Below, piece after piece: positions 27,401 through 40,732 of a DNA stretch of 64,000 nt (its first letter is position 1; the number at the start of each line of letters is the position of its first letter). Made by a program: the position numbers and the translations under genes. This stretch comes from Lingula anatina. Its lineage: Eukaryota; Animalia; Brachiopoda. The notes under the pieces were generated by a model. It saw nothing but the letters and a program-made list of their open reading frames with translations. It ran no database searches and had not been told where the DNA came from. The stretch spans positions 17,604,587-17,668,586 of the forward strand of contig CM120648.1 in assembly GCA_051362555.1 (NCBI GenBank), given 5' to 3'.

Positions 27401-30400
27401 GGTTCTATTTACCTCTGGCTTTAACTTCGCCCTGCTATATAAATGAACAAATGTTGCAGATCGTAACAAAAAACTTTCTTATAGTGTTTTATGACATATA
27501 TGATTTACACATTTGATAGTGAAACACTCCTCGACTTTAACGAATCACCTGATGTAAACTGTCTATCCGCGCTCCCCGAAAAAACTGTTTCTTTTAATTT
27601 TGAAATGAATTGCTTTTAAGGCAAAGAAGTCCATTAAACCCTTTAGTCTCAATATCATTGTACAGCATGTTGTAATCGATATTTAAAAAAGTTAATTTTT
27701 GTACTCCGCTTTCATCGAGGATACCTCAAGTTGAGGTTACAATTACGTCGCTCGCCTATGCTACTGGAATATATATTTAAGGACAAATTAAGCTTTGTAA
27801 AGTCCCTATTGTCACACACCATAGATACTTTATTTTGTCTTGAATGAAAAAATAGCCTCAAATTATCGTTTTGTGCTTAAACCTTTCATTACTTGAACCA
27901 AGGTCTGTACTATAGCTACCAAGACGTACATGCATCAAGTTGGGTCTGCTGGGGGAGGGGAGCATTTAAATGAAAAACGAGGAAGTCTACCTGCAAAAGC
28001 AGCAGCAGTGGTTTAAATAATCGCTATCTAGACTCCTTTTTCTTTGACAGCAACATAAAAAGTGTTTAGAGAGAAAGTCACACAAAAACCCGACATTGTT
28101 TTGTCTTCAGCATTTCCTCTTCCTTGTTATCTGCAATTACTATCGTCAATTAATGAAATCGAGAAAGCAATTAAGTGATGGCACATTGAATATAGTCACT
28201 TGGTGCATTTCGCTGAGTGTTTACAAGATCTAGCGACACATTTTATCGCCACGCGTTCTAGTTTGATTAGTTTAGAAAATTAAACAGTTACTCTGGCGGC
28301 TCTCCGTCATTGCTATGAATCAGACATCGAATTTAGTACAAAATATTAGTAAATTCAGAATTATTAGCTAAAACGTAAATTGCCCTAATTTGTCAGATAA
28401 TCAAAAATGCCGGTGATCCATGCGGAGGGTACGCTTTCCTGAAGGTAGTGGCGACGAACGGCGATGATATTTTTCTGAATAGTGAACCTTTATTAGTTAC
28501 GAAACGCCCCCTTTTCAACAGGCTTGTTTTATTAATTACTTCATGTCACAAAGTTAATTTATCCAGGCAAAACTTTATTCAAGGAAATAGTTTCACGAAA
28601 TGAACGAGAGTAAAATATAAGTCAGCACAAATATAAGGCATACAACAATGAGTCATGTTATGGATCATGTTATGGGCCATGTCGGATTATAATGGCATAC
28701 CTTGATGCAAAACAGTCTATCGTTTCTTCCACCGCGAGTCCCTTTATTTAATGTAATGTATTACTCATTACCCGTTCCATTTGACACTCTCTCTTTTTAT
28801 CTCCCTTCCCCTTTCTCTTGTTAGAAGGAGGGTAAATAATTAAGCACTCAAAATCTGCACCACCAATCTTCAGAAAAACATAAGTCAACGAACCAGTGGG
28901 CTGATCCTTTGAATCCAAAAACCTTTGAATCTCATTAATTGACAAAAAGAATTAAAATGGAGCCATGAAGTGCATTTAAGCTACTTGTAGTGTCACTACA
29001 TACATAATCAGCTGCACGCGCGAAGCTGTTGAACAAAAGGATAGTTCACTACGGGAGACCGTTTGTTTACATAAGTACTCTAAGGGGGCGTGGCTACCCA
29101 GGCGACCAGGGGATTAGGCTAGTTACTATATGCCGTCAACAATCGTTTAGCGACCCTATCATTATACACTCTTTCTATTGTATTTTCCACCACATTAATC
29201 GCAGTGTAATCTTCAAATGGTCCACGGGGTAAATGAACACATTCTTAATCCTAGTACGGTATGCATCCTTTCTTGAGTGATCTAAAACAAGTTGCTAGTG
29301 TACCATGTTTCTCGCTGTAGCAAAATATGTTCGACATGGTGTTTCTTAACGGCAGCCGGAGACACAGTAATTGTATAGGCATGCTTTAAGCTTGTTCGAG
29401 AGATAATAACAGTCGGGTTTAACAATAGATAGCGAGCTATAGTAAGACCCCCTCCTCTTTAACTGATGATTTACACTTTTAATTGACCGTACTTTCGTAT
29501 ATTGTATGATCATACAGCCAGACTTCCCCCTGTTGCACGTTGTAGTTGGATTGTCATTGCGCCTATGTCAATGCACCTCATTTAATTTCAATATTATAAT
29601 ATAAGCATAATATAAGTAATATGTTATTTCCTTATTCCTCTTTCATTATCATTCATGTTTTATAAATACTTGAACGCTTGAATGCAGATATTTCAAATTA
29701 AAACGTAAGTACATAAATAAATTATATATTTATAAATTAATGCAATAGGAATTTTTTGAGACAGATTGATGCTGACGCTCATGCATTTCAACCAAACAAA
29801 CAATAATTAGTGCAATTTTTGACTGCGGAAATTTCATATAGGATGTTAGCAACACTAAAAACCAGCTGCGCGTGCCAAACTAGTGAACAAAAGGACAGTT
29901 CGCTTCGCGTGGCACGCCTTAGCATGGGTTTAGCCTCTTCAAGCTATAATCCTATCGCCGCAACAAACAATAGGGACCTTCTGGCTGATGTATCCTGCTG
30001 TTAATTACACCTAGTTACAGCGGATTTTCACGCTCGCGCTGGGCCACAGAAACCGGCGTCATGGGGTTCACTCGTATTAAGTATTGTGTTATTCCACCTA
30101 AGCTATTGTGTTTGTGCGTTCGAATTTTGAAGGGATTTACACGGCCCTCCATTGTTTGTCCGCCCCCTTCTATTCTCAAGATAGGGATTAAAACATTTCG
30201 AACGTTGTTACACCGGTGTACAACGGAAACAAAATTATTCCGACCACTGGTACCTGTCCATACACCAGATAAAGCTGGGTACGTTTTTGTTGACTTCTTT
30301 GATTTTAAAACAAATATAATGCGTCTGTTTCACAAATATTCATAGCCGAGTCCGAAAGCATTGGTATAGTCTTTTATTACTAAGAAAAAAGTGCAGTCAA

Positions 30401-30730
30401 GGCTAGGACACTTAGGTGAAGTCAAGTTGTACAGCGTAACATATTTAAACTGAGAAATAAAACATTTAATTGTTCTGTGCTTTAGCAACCTTTTTATTTC
30501 TCGCGCTATGCACGCTTCAAACGGATTTCTTATACAAGCACTTGGTATGTCACTATCACATACCAATGTCTTGCTGTTCACAGCAGAAGTTTACAGAGAC
30601 CCCTGTGGCGCGCGGTGCCTGTCATGAGCACTTCTTATATCCGCAAAATATGAAAATGACTAATGTGAATACTTTACATCAGTTTATCAGGAATATTTTG
30701 TCTGATAAGGTGAAAACGCTGTTATATGTT
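24404..30730. repeat. 1,472-bp inverted duplication: arms 24404-25875 and 29259-30730
   Basis: The arms are near-perfect reverse complements, with mirrored ORFs (24789..25073 vs 30061..30345; 24553..24804 vs 30330..30581). Confidence 0.95.
24885..29261 (+). mobile_element. Copy A of the unclassified ~4.2-kb interspersed repeat
   Basis: Near-identical to 47157-51387 in opposite orientation. Subterminal inverted repeat ~25231-25271 vs ~29009-29050. No coding capacity recognised. Confidence 0.85.
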
Positions 30731-31264
30731 TTAATGTATTAAGACACAGCAATAGTGTCAATTTTATTTCTAGCATTAATTTAACATACATGTTAATAAC
30801 AACTGGTTGAATTAAAACATTCACTGGGCATGTGAATCATTATGAAGAAGTCTGTTTGTTATAAGCTTGGGGAATTTCCGATGAAAGATCATAATGCCAG
30901 AATACAATATAATGCATCCATAAGGTTTCGTGTTACGAACGCCACAGGGTTATTCTACTGTGCATGTGTTGACTTATGACCTTCTCCTTTTTGACCAGGC
31001 AACTTATGGATTATGCACATTTCATACAGTGGATATATATTTATTTCAATATGGTTTTATAATGACATTGAGGCTGACTTTCGAACTTGACCTGCATTTT
31101 CTTAATACTCATCATTATTTAAGTGTACTTATCGTGTTATCGCTGAAAGTGCAAGATGACGATGACAACAACAACAGCAATGTCAACAGAGGCAGGTGAC
31201 CGCTATATGACTAAATCTATACATAAAACTGAACTGTAAAGTAAAATCAATACATTTAACTCAC

Positions 31265-31363
31265 TTGGCACACTGTTTCTTTTTTTCATAATCCGTTGCT
31301 TTGCAGCATTTTCTATATTGTAATTATCCTTCCTGCATTTTGCATCATATTCAGATTTGTTAT
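31265..31363 (-). CDS. Exon 8 of the chimeric gene (DNKSEYDAKCRKDNYNIENAAKQRIMKKRNSVP); paralog of exon 4
   Basis: ttttgcag|AT...CCAA|gtgagt; 99 nt, phase 1-1, open. Confidence 0.72.
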
Positions 31364-31722
31364 CTGCAAAAATACGGGGAAACATTGAAATAGGTTTCTC
31401 ATTTACTTTTTTTAAATAATTGCAGTTCATATTGAAATTGATCAATGTTTTGCCATGCATGTTTCACACAATTTATATTTGCTAAGAGCAGACACTGCGT
31501 TGTTAACTTTACCATGTCAAACATATGTTTTAGACATACAGTGTTTTTATTTATTTTGACATAAAACTCACTCACGTATTTAATCTATAGCTCAATCCAC
31601 ACGTTTTGCAAGAGAAATTTATTCCTTATTGGCCTTTTTTTTTTTTTTTTTTTTTTTGTCACAAAGCTTGGGTGATAAAGTGAACTGCAAAAGTACTTGT
31701 TGGTGATCATGGCATGTATTAC

Positions 31723-31845
31723 CTTTGATGTTTTTCTTATCTGTAAAACTATTTTGGGCGTTTACGTATGATATCAAGAGGTCTCGTTCCTGCGGTTTTG
31801 TTTCAGTAACAAATCTGTCATATGTTCCCTTTTCCAGGCCCATAT
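31723..31845 (-). CDS. Exon 7 of the chimeric gene (DMGLEKGTYDRFVTETKPQERDLLISYVNAQNSFTDKKNIK)
   Basis: tttttcag|AT...AAAG|gtaata; 123 nt, phase 1-1, open. Confidence 0.72.
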
Positions 31846-31974
31846 CTGAAAAAGACACACAAAGCGGTATATAGGTGCTTGTGAGCCACATACACACCAA
31901 TGATATTTAATTCAAGGTACATGTATATCCAAGAGAAAACTAATCAACATCACTTAATTCATTTTAATACTCAC

Positions 31975-32066
31975 CCTCAGACTTGTAGTGGGGCTTTTTT
32001 AATTCTTTGATGTTATGCCCCTCGTGCACAACATAGTTGACTGGTTCCTCGTATTTCAAAAGGGTC
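31975..32066 (-). CDS. Exon 6 of the chimeric gene (TLLKYEEPVNYVVHEGHNIKELKKPHYKSE)
   Basis: gtctttcag|G...GAGG|gtgagt; 92 nt, phase 2-1, open and matched to the exon 5 donor phase. Confidence 0.7.
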
Positions 32067-32270
32067 CTGAAAGACATGGGCATGACATATGTGTCAGTAA
32101 AACACACAAACGAAAAGAAATTGAAAGCCAGCTACTGGAATGATGAAATGTAATTTATCATAATCAACTCTTGAAAAAATACTGCCTGTCATCTATGGTT
32201 CTTGATTTGCAAACGATATTTATACGTTCTTCTACAGGCAATAATTCGACAGAGTTTAAATCAAATATAC

Positions 32271-32385
32271 CCAAACAGGGGTTCCTGGGTTGGAGAAGGC
32301 ACCTGCTGTGGTGATTTAGTACCAACGCCCAGGACGTCACGTGTGCTTACATTAGTCCTCAACCTTCCGCCTGCTTCTTCGGAGC
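32271..32385 (-). CDS. Exon 5 of the chimeric gene (GSEEAGGRLRTNVSTRDVLGVGTKSPQQVPSPTQEPLFG); carries a single copy of the repeat unit
   Basis: attttccag|GC...TTTGG|gtatat; 115 nt, phase 1-2. GGTACTAAATCACCACAGCAGGTG resembles the repeat AGTACTAAGCCACCACAGCATGTG. Confidence 0.7.
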
Positions 32386-34240
32386 CTGGAAAATAATCAC
32401 AATATTCATAAATGAGTATTGAAAAAATATATTCGATGTCGGGGTATATTCTTATTCGGATGAGAGTATTTTGGGTAAAATTAAATTGTTTTTGTTATAT
32501 AAAACTTACTAATCTGCCACTAAAAATCACATTAAATTATACACACATGACGTTCTGGCCGTCGTTGGAGGGCCAAAAGAGGCATGGTTATCGTCAGGAT
32601 GGTCGTAGGATATTTTGGCGTCGCTTTGGACACCATCGTCACTAATTAATCTTGAAAATAATCAAAACAAAAGCACATGGGACGCACTTTAGGTTGGTGG
32701 CTCAAGGGAAGCAGAAAGGAGGCACAGGCACCATTTTGTTTGCAGAATGGATGCTTAATGATCGGCAGTGGCCTACAAATTATAGATGTCTTTTTCTAAT
32801 TTCAAACTGCTGTAATTTGTGTCTAAATTCTTGCACTGAACACTTTAAAAGTTAGTTATATACCACCCAACCCCTATCACATTTATGTACATTACGACAA
32901 CGTTGCCCGCAGGTTTAATTTTACTTTTGCGTGAAAGGTAGGCAACCGACCATCTTGCAAATTAAGGATATGATCGAGTAGTAGAACATAATCCTACATG
33001 GATTGTCCTTTGGCATACCCCAACACCACTTATGTTTGAGAGGAAGTGTATCTTTACCAAACAGCTACAAAAAAGGGACTTTTGACCCGCTGGATTGTGA
33101 GAAGGTAGGGTTGTGTCCTGAAAAGGAGTCGTAGGGTTAAACAACGCCATAACCACACAACCACATAGGCAAATTTGACTGGGAAAGGCACACTGAGCAA
33201 AACTACACCCCAAAAACATTTCTTAGAAACGTTTCGTTTGTAGAAAACATTTCGTGGCATAAATGTTTAGAAAACAACTGATAAGAAGTATTATCATATT
33301 TCTACCCCTTGTCAACAGAAAGCATTCTACTTAATTCATAATATTGGGCTTATCTTCTATAGCTGGTATCGGTTAACTGAAACTGTAGCGCAGAGCAATG
33401 CGTCCAAGTAATAGAAAGAAACTCAGGGAATACTGTCGAAAATATATTTGGGGACCAGGACCACCCGTTTACGTTTGAATATGATAATGCTTCTCCACGT
33501 ATAACCAATGCTAGCGTAGGCTGGTCATCCAAGTCAGAATCAGAGACACGTAAGTCCAACTGAATCCCTAGATCAGTACACCTTAGTACTTGAAGGATAA
33601 TGGATGAATGAGGTTCACAAAAATGATTACATATTATTTGTGCGCACTGTGTGAAACATCACTCCATATATGTTACTAAACTTGTTGAGCCCACGCACGT
33701 GTCAGGTTCCACTTTTAATCCGGAGAATTATGTTTTTAATATCCTGACCTTATTCTTTGTCAGTAAGATTTTGTAAATTAATGTCTGAAAAAAGCAAAAT
33801 AAATACGGTTTATACCATGATTTCACATGTCTGTATCACTTTACGCATTGCATTAGGGCGGACTTTTTTGGCTAGGGGAGTGCACAGCAAAATTCGAACG
33901 CTGTTCTAAATTCTTGTGACCGTTGTTACAGAATTCCATATATGCATACGGCTTGAACCTTTCAGTGCTAACCGAAGTAGAGTCGCTTTACGAATGCGGT
34001 GGTTAAGTTTTCTTATCATCCATACAGTGCGGTGAGACAGGAATGATAGTCCTAGGAATGGAAGACAGGGGTCCCATATGATTACTGAAGGTTATCGGAG
34101 CATTGGGGTATATGGGACGAATGTTACCTGTACAAAGTGATGGGAAGCGTAAGTCGGTTATTAGCGGACTATCATTTCTGTGACACATTATTGTTCAAAC
34201 TTGTTCGGTGAAGTTTAGGGAACAAACAAACTTATCTCAC

Positions 34241-34327
34241 CTGTCCCATTGTCTGTGTTCTTCATTCTTCGTTTTCTAATATTTTCTACATCACAAATAT
34301 CTTTCCTGACCTGTGCGTTATATTCAT
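34241..34327 (-). CDS. Exon 4 of the chimeric gene (DEYNAQVRKDICDVENIRKRRMKNTDNGT)
   Basis: ttttatttgcag|AT...ACAG|gtgaga; 87 nt, phase 1-1, open; similar to exon 8. Confidence 0.7.
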
Positions 34328-34876
34328 CTGCAAATAAAATGGTGACCGATGAAATATTATTTCTATGGTACCTAGTTTTCAGACAATCACATCTCATCTT
34401 CAAAAGCCCAAATCTTCAAAAGCCCATAGCCGTCTACCGTATTTTACATTTTTTTAAAGATACTCCAAAGAATCAGATCTGGATAAATGGCATTCTCACT
34501 GTCAATGTCATTTAAATGGGTTTATTCTTGAATAATTTTATTCCTTCACCTGATCATTATGACAAGGGAATATTTAATAAAGTCTTTATTTATTTTACTT
34601 TATTTACTCAACGTAGATTTGAGGTTAAATGTATCTTTCCCATGCCCCACATGCAACGAAAGCTTATAACCGGGAACAATATGAAACAGAGAAAAATATA
34701 TATTGTATGAAATAGAAGTAATTTTATCCAATCCTACCGTATCGATAGTCCATAAAGTTTGGCTGTAAAATTAACTTAGATATTAACATTCTATGCTAAT
34801 TCTATATTCTATATTTCTCTTTCTATATTTGCAAGTGTTATATGTTTGGAGTGTTATAAACCTCAAACACTCCAAA

Positions 34877-34940
34877 GTAATAATAATAATAAGAAGAAGA
34901 AGAAAATGAAGAAGAAGAAGAAGAAGAAGGAGGAGGAAGA
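34877..34940. repeat. (AAT)n-(AAG)n compound microsatellite
   Basis: Direct reading; it produces the poly-N/K/E stretch of ORF 34846..35310. Confidence 0.9.
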
Positions 34941-34999
34941 GGCCAAGAGCAGAAGGAGGAAGAGGCCTGGTTTAATTAGAACTGTCCTTCAAAATGACA

Positions 35000-35372
35000 A
35001 CCATAGGCCTGGACACTACCTGACATCAACAGAAGACCCACTCCTCCAACTAGTGAAACATCATGAGAAGAGAAAAAAGCTCTACTCGATCAAAAAGGAA
35101 GCCTCAAAATTCAAGCAGAAGCTGAAAATCCCAGAAATACCACCAACCGAGAATGAAGCGACAACAAAGTATGCCCGCAGAGTCAAACAGAAAGCAAAAC
35201 AACATGACCAGCTACAAATGCGGAAGACCCGGGAAGAAAAGCCAATACATTGGAAGTACCCAAAAAGGACCAAAGAGCCAGATGTAGACCAAGAAAAGAC
35301 CAACAAATAGCTCAAGACAAACGGACTAAAAGCTGAGACAGAAGGCCTGCTAATTGCTGCACAAGACCAGAG
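35000..35372 (+). mobile_element. R4/Dong-like non-LTR retrotransposon fragment
   Basis: KPIHWKYP...DVDQEKTNK*LKTNGLKAETEGLLIAAQDQS matches the LK.ETEG.I.AAQDQ motif of R4-clade elements. Confidence 0.7.
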
Positions 35373-36951
35373 TCCCTGTCTCGAAATAACGGGTCCCGGA
35401 ATCTATTTTCTGAAATATAGAGTCCCCCTAGACATTCTATTTTAGTACGGAAAGTCCTAGGACCCTACGTTTTAATACTGACAGTCCGCATTGAGGAGTA
35501 AAAATTAAAAATAGTATCCTTATAACATGCAATTTGAATATGATTTTGAACATGATGAAGAAAGATATGGAGTGAAAAACTATAAAGATTAAAGGTTAAA
35601 TAAGCATGATTACCCTCCGTAAAAAATTAAAGCGTACTATAAAATTGTACTGTTGGTATTTCATAAACTTTGATAGTGTACCTTTCGTGTACCTCCGATT
35701 TATTACTCTTATTTTTCACTTATAATTAACTAAAAAGTAAAATATTTAACCTATTGTTAACTCATTGTGTGTCATTCCGCAGAAAGATGTTTTATACACA
35801 CTGTTCTTTACATTTCATTTCTTTTTCATTTGAGGTTTTTCAAAGATGTTCCATTGCCTTGTGATCGTTTGGTCTATGACCCCTATACGAGTGACTTATT
35901 TGACTACCACTCATAAATATGTGTAAGCTAGTCATACACAATGCAGCGATGCTTTGCTGTGCAAAACGTTTCTTAAGTGTGTGACAGCTAGCGTTATACA
36001 GTGCATCAGTGTTAAGCTGTGCAAAATATGTTTTCTTGAAAAGGACAGAATTAATTTATTATTAAAGTGTCATTGAAAATATACTCATTTAATTTTGTTT
36101 TACAGTTTAAATAACTTATATTCAAATAAAAAAAATGACCTTTATATCAATGGAATCAACCCAAAAAGAATGTATTTCATGATTCTCAAGGTATAAATGG
36201 CTAGCTGCTCGCGATGCCCTACACTGTCACCATGGATTTTCAAGCAATACGGCTTTATTTACAAAATGCCAGGTGTACCATGAACATTTGACTCCCCTAA
36301 AATATGACTCCCCTTAATAGAAATCTGACTCCCCAGTCAAAATTTCATAATGAAAATCAGACTCCCCCGAGATAAATTTTGACCCGCACCCCCACAAAAC
36401 TCAATATTTGTTATTTTATTTGAGTATAAGACTTTTATCTTGAAGTATGCATAACGGAGGATATATTGACACTTTGTTAGTGCAGGTGTAAATTTTTCAT
36501 GAAAACAAAATTAAAAATATGTATTTTACCACCCAATGACTCCCTATGAAAAAGCTATATTCATTTGATATTTGGTGATCATTTCAACATTTTTCCTTTT
36601 AGTATACTTTATGAATAATATATTGGAAATATTTGAAAGTTCAATGTTAAAATATTTGGTGGAAAAAATCAGGAAAATATTCATTTTCATTTGTAACCAA
36701 GGGGAATCAAAATCCCACTGGCACAAGATTGCAGAGTTATTATCTTTTTTCATTAAATTATCCCCACTTTTCATTCAGTTTTTGAAAAAAAAATAATGGG
36801 AAAACAACAGCAAGTGTTTTGTTGGATTTGCTATAAATATAAAGAATTCAATAAAATATTTTCCTGATTTTTTAAAATTGCATTCATAAGCTAAATAGAG
36901 CAAATCAAAGTATGTGAAATGCCAACAATACTTATTTATAGTACGTTTTAA

Positions 36952-39900
36952 GTGTGTGTCCACGAGAAAACCAAACCAAATGTAGAAAATGCGGCAAGGT
37001 GGGGGTGAACGGATTTACATCATATTTGGTGTGTTTGAACCTTTATATGAACAATATCTGAGGCTGCAATATTTCCTGAAAAAAATCCCTACTTACAGAG
37101 ATATGGCCAGTGACAATTCGGGGGGTTTATCAACCAAAAATTCTTCTGAAAAACAGGGTTATATTGATTGGCCTTAAAGTTTATACAGGTGTCACCAAAT
37201 GATTTAGTTTGGTGATATATTATAACCTAAAGATAGGGGATTAAAATGATATACACTTTTTCCACTCTCTTTGTTTCCATGGTAACAAACCAAGCGTTTT
37301 TCTCAGGCCTACAAACCACATGCTTTGAACACCCCCCGTCTATTTTTGACAATATCTTCATCTTCACAGGTCTTTGGGGTAAAGCGTGTTCAGGACTAAC
37401 AGATAACTCATTAATCTATTTATACATGAAATCAAAACTTACTGCTGTTCTACAACTTGTCCGTTGTAACAGATAGAACATGACCTAATTTCTTCATTTT
37501 TCGTAAATATATCCGAACACGTATATCGGTGCACTGAACTTCAGCCATCTCTTTCAAGTCAACGAATGGTTTAAAACACTGTTAGTTGCACTTTTTATTT
37601 TCATTTTACCTATTCTAATTTTTTTCTGGTTAAAACAAGCATCTAACACATTTTAAAACCATGTGAAACTAATGTACTAACGTCAGAACAACACAACGTC
37701 ATTATCCAACATGGCGGAAATCGCAGACTGTTTGTTTACAAATCTTCCTCAACGAAGTCGTATATCATGTGGTTTATACTCTGTCTACAGATATAAAAAA
37801 ACATGTAGTGTATTGAAAAATTGCAACAGAGATATTAACAGTCATCTTCGTCGCGTTTACGTGAAGCAAAACAGCGTGAGTTACGAAAGCACACTGATTC
37901 TTGTCAGGTGTGAATTCTTTTGTATCCGATGACAGCAATTGGACTTTTTCAAGTATCTTTGGGAGAATAAATGGGTTACACCATGTGACCAGCACTGGGA
38001 TATGGGCTTGGTTTGTGCTGGAAACCATCCACACGGGAAAACGAGCCTATAACGAAATATGTCATGGGATTAACTTGCAGATGTCAGTGTAGACAAAAAG
38101 CCATTTGAATATACTGATGCCACTTGGTTCAGGTAAGAAACGGGTTTGTTTCTATTTTAATACAGGCTAAAATCCAGAAAAAAGTTCACTCAGAAAAATG
38201 ATCTAGGTGTAATTTTTTAATGGTAAACGCTCCATTTTTTTAAAAAGAAAAATGCCCCCTTTCAAATAATGAAATTGCAGCCTAAGGACCTGTGATAATT
38301 TTATCTTTTAAGCTATATTTGTGTGGGTATTTATGTAGGTTTAATGGTACTTGGGTAAAATAAATTTAAGGGTAACAATTGGAATTAGATTGGAGCTAGG
38401 GCTGGTCTTGGCAAAATTGCTAGGATCATCATAATTAATATTCGAAACCATGCCTTACTTATAAAACATGGACAAATGGGATAATAATTTATTTTTCATC
38501 AATGTATCAATTAACTTTCAGATAAGTGTTTTCATGTGTCTATAGTAAGCTATATTTATATTTCAGGCATATTTGAGAAGTGTTATTTGACACACAGTGA
38601 TCTTATGGTCAGCAAAAGAGTCCAAAGTCTTGCAGAAACTGAAACTAGCGTGGAAATGATGGCTGTTGTAAAAAGGCATGTATGTAAATGAAAGCCACAA
38701 TATAACAAATGCTGAGGAGATGCATGAGGCCCTAGTTTCTGCAGTTGGAGCCATTTTCTACATCCAGCTAGACAGACATCTTCCAAACCTGCGTGGACTG
38801 GAGTGTCCAATTACAACAATTTAGCTTTCTTGATTCCTACAACATGAGAAAAGGTGTCTTCCTTCCTTGAGCAGTTTTAACATGAGTGATACTGATGTTA
38901 AAGTTAATTTGGGTTTTTCTGAGGCAAATATGCCAACTGGGACTATACCAAGCAAGATCACAAACAGGGAAATTTTTTCTTGTCCAGAGAAGTTAACTCT
39001 GAAATCTTTTGCTACTAAGACTGAAGAGTATTTGTAAGGTCCTTTTTTAGACCACAGTTATGAAATGTGCCAAAAAAAAAAAACAGCTTTTGATCAAATT
39101 AAAGTCTAGTGGGCCAACAATCTGACTAAAGAAAAACTTAAAGCACATCAGCTGTGAGAGAACTCCACCCTCTTGAATATCTCACTGAGTTACACAATGG
39201 ATGAGCTTTAAAGTCATCTAAACCTTTGAAACTATATTCAAATAAAGTAAAGGAGTTTTTACTGAAGGAGTTTAGAAGGGCACAAGAAACAGGCCAGCAG
39301 AACCTAGCATTTGTGAGCATGAAGATGAGATTGAAATGTCAGTAAGGAGGGTTACAGACTATTCAGGAAGAAAAAATCGGCAGTTATTTTTGAATGTATT
39401 AAAAACTTTGATGTTATGAGCTGTAATGTTTGATACAAAACTGCAAAGGTGTTTCATAACACCAGGATATATTTTGCGGTTGTGTTAGTTTTGCTTTTTG
39501 AATAGAAAATTATCTTGTTTTGCTACATTATGATATAGTTTGTAATGATCACAACTAATGTTGCACTGCTTTGCATGTATTGCTATATTATAATTCTGTG
39601 ATTTTTTTTTTCTTTGTAATTATTCATCTGAGACAACAATAAACTAAATTGAATAATTTTTTAGTTACTGTATGCTCATAAATAGTCACCAAAAAGTGGT
39701 GTGGATGATTAAAAAAAAACTCTTGATAATTGAAAAGATTTGTTCTGACTTTGCTATCATAAATACTTTGGCATATCCTGATCTCTATATGATAAATATT
39801 GCACCAAAAAGAAATCGCTACTGAACTAAGATTTTAATTTGTATTCACCAAATTGATGATATTAAAAAATATATATATATATTAAAATTATCTTGTAAAC

Positions 39901-40725
39901 TCTCAAGTTAATTGCCAGTTCCATCCAAAGTAACAGAATCTATGATTTATTTCCTCTAAATTTTTTGTCCATATAAATTAAGAAGTCCATATATGGCAAT
40001 TTACAAATATGAAGCCCAGTGACCTTGACCTACTGACCTGATATTCATTAGTACACATCCACTTTCCATGTTCACCAGCCCTATTAATTTAGTAACATCA
40101 TTGTAGAGCAAAATGGTTTAATAAATTAATCAAACCTATCGTCTACATAGACTTGAATGAATCCACCATGATTTTTTGCCTTAAAAATGGCCAACTTTGG
40201 AGGTATTTTTCAGTACCTGTTTTAATACAGCAGTAACTTTTGAAACTTGATTTGGAATGACCCATATCTGCCTAAAATATTCATGCAGTTTTATAGCTGT
40301 AAACCTTGTGAAGATGGAGATATATGCAATTAAAGATGGTAGTATCAAAATTGGACTTTGGGGGGAGGGGTGTTATAAATGGGTGTGGCTCGCCCAAGCA
40401 GGGTCTTATCTGAATTCTACATATATCTGTGGCAAGCCAAATGATTGTTTTCAATGATTGTAAGGTCTAATATTTTTTAGTTTTCTCCATTTTTGTTTAA
40501 TTTACACAAAATATATCATTATTTTTCCAAGGTAAAAATGGAGTCTCAAAGAGGCTACATAAGCTATGACTTATAATAGGCTATAATTCTCTGAAGAAAG
40601 GATATTTTTGGGATTCCTTCCTAACTCATGAATAACTTCCTAATATGCCTCCATACAACAAATTTGGTTGAAATCCGCTGACCCCCACCTTGCCACCCTG
40701 GGCTGGTTCTCTCGTGGACAAGCTC
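36952..40725 (+). mobile_element. Degenerate Sola3-like DNA transposon
   Basis: TTAA on both flanks (36948-51 and 40726-29). TIRs tgtccacgaga.aacca...ggcaaggtgggggt...cggattt; the right end is CTC|TTAA. Internal remnants MAEIADC...CNRDINSHL...LILVR and HNITNAEEMHEALVS, WTGVSNYNN. Confidence 0.7.
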
Positions 40726-40732
40726 TTAAATT

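Noticed and set aside
24338-30742. Pairs of near-identical short ORFs suggesting conserved genes
   Set aside because: They are explained by the recent inverted duplication and repeat copies; no recognisable domains.
33350-34200. Protein-looking ORFs (33350..33559 and 34003..34188) as extra exons
   Set aside because: No convincing splice boundaries or recognisable family, and not needed for phase continuity.
34846-35310. 154-aa Lys-rich protein
   Set aside because: A microsatellite fused to an R4/Dong LINE fragment with a stop.
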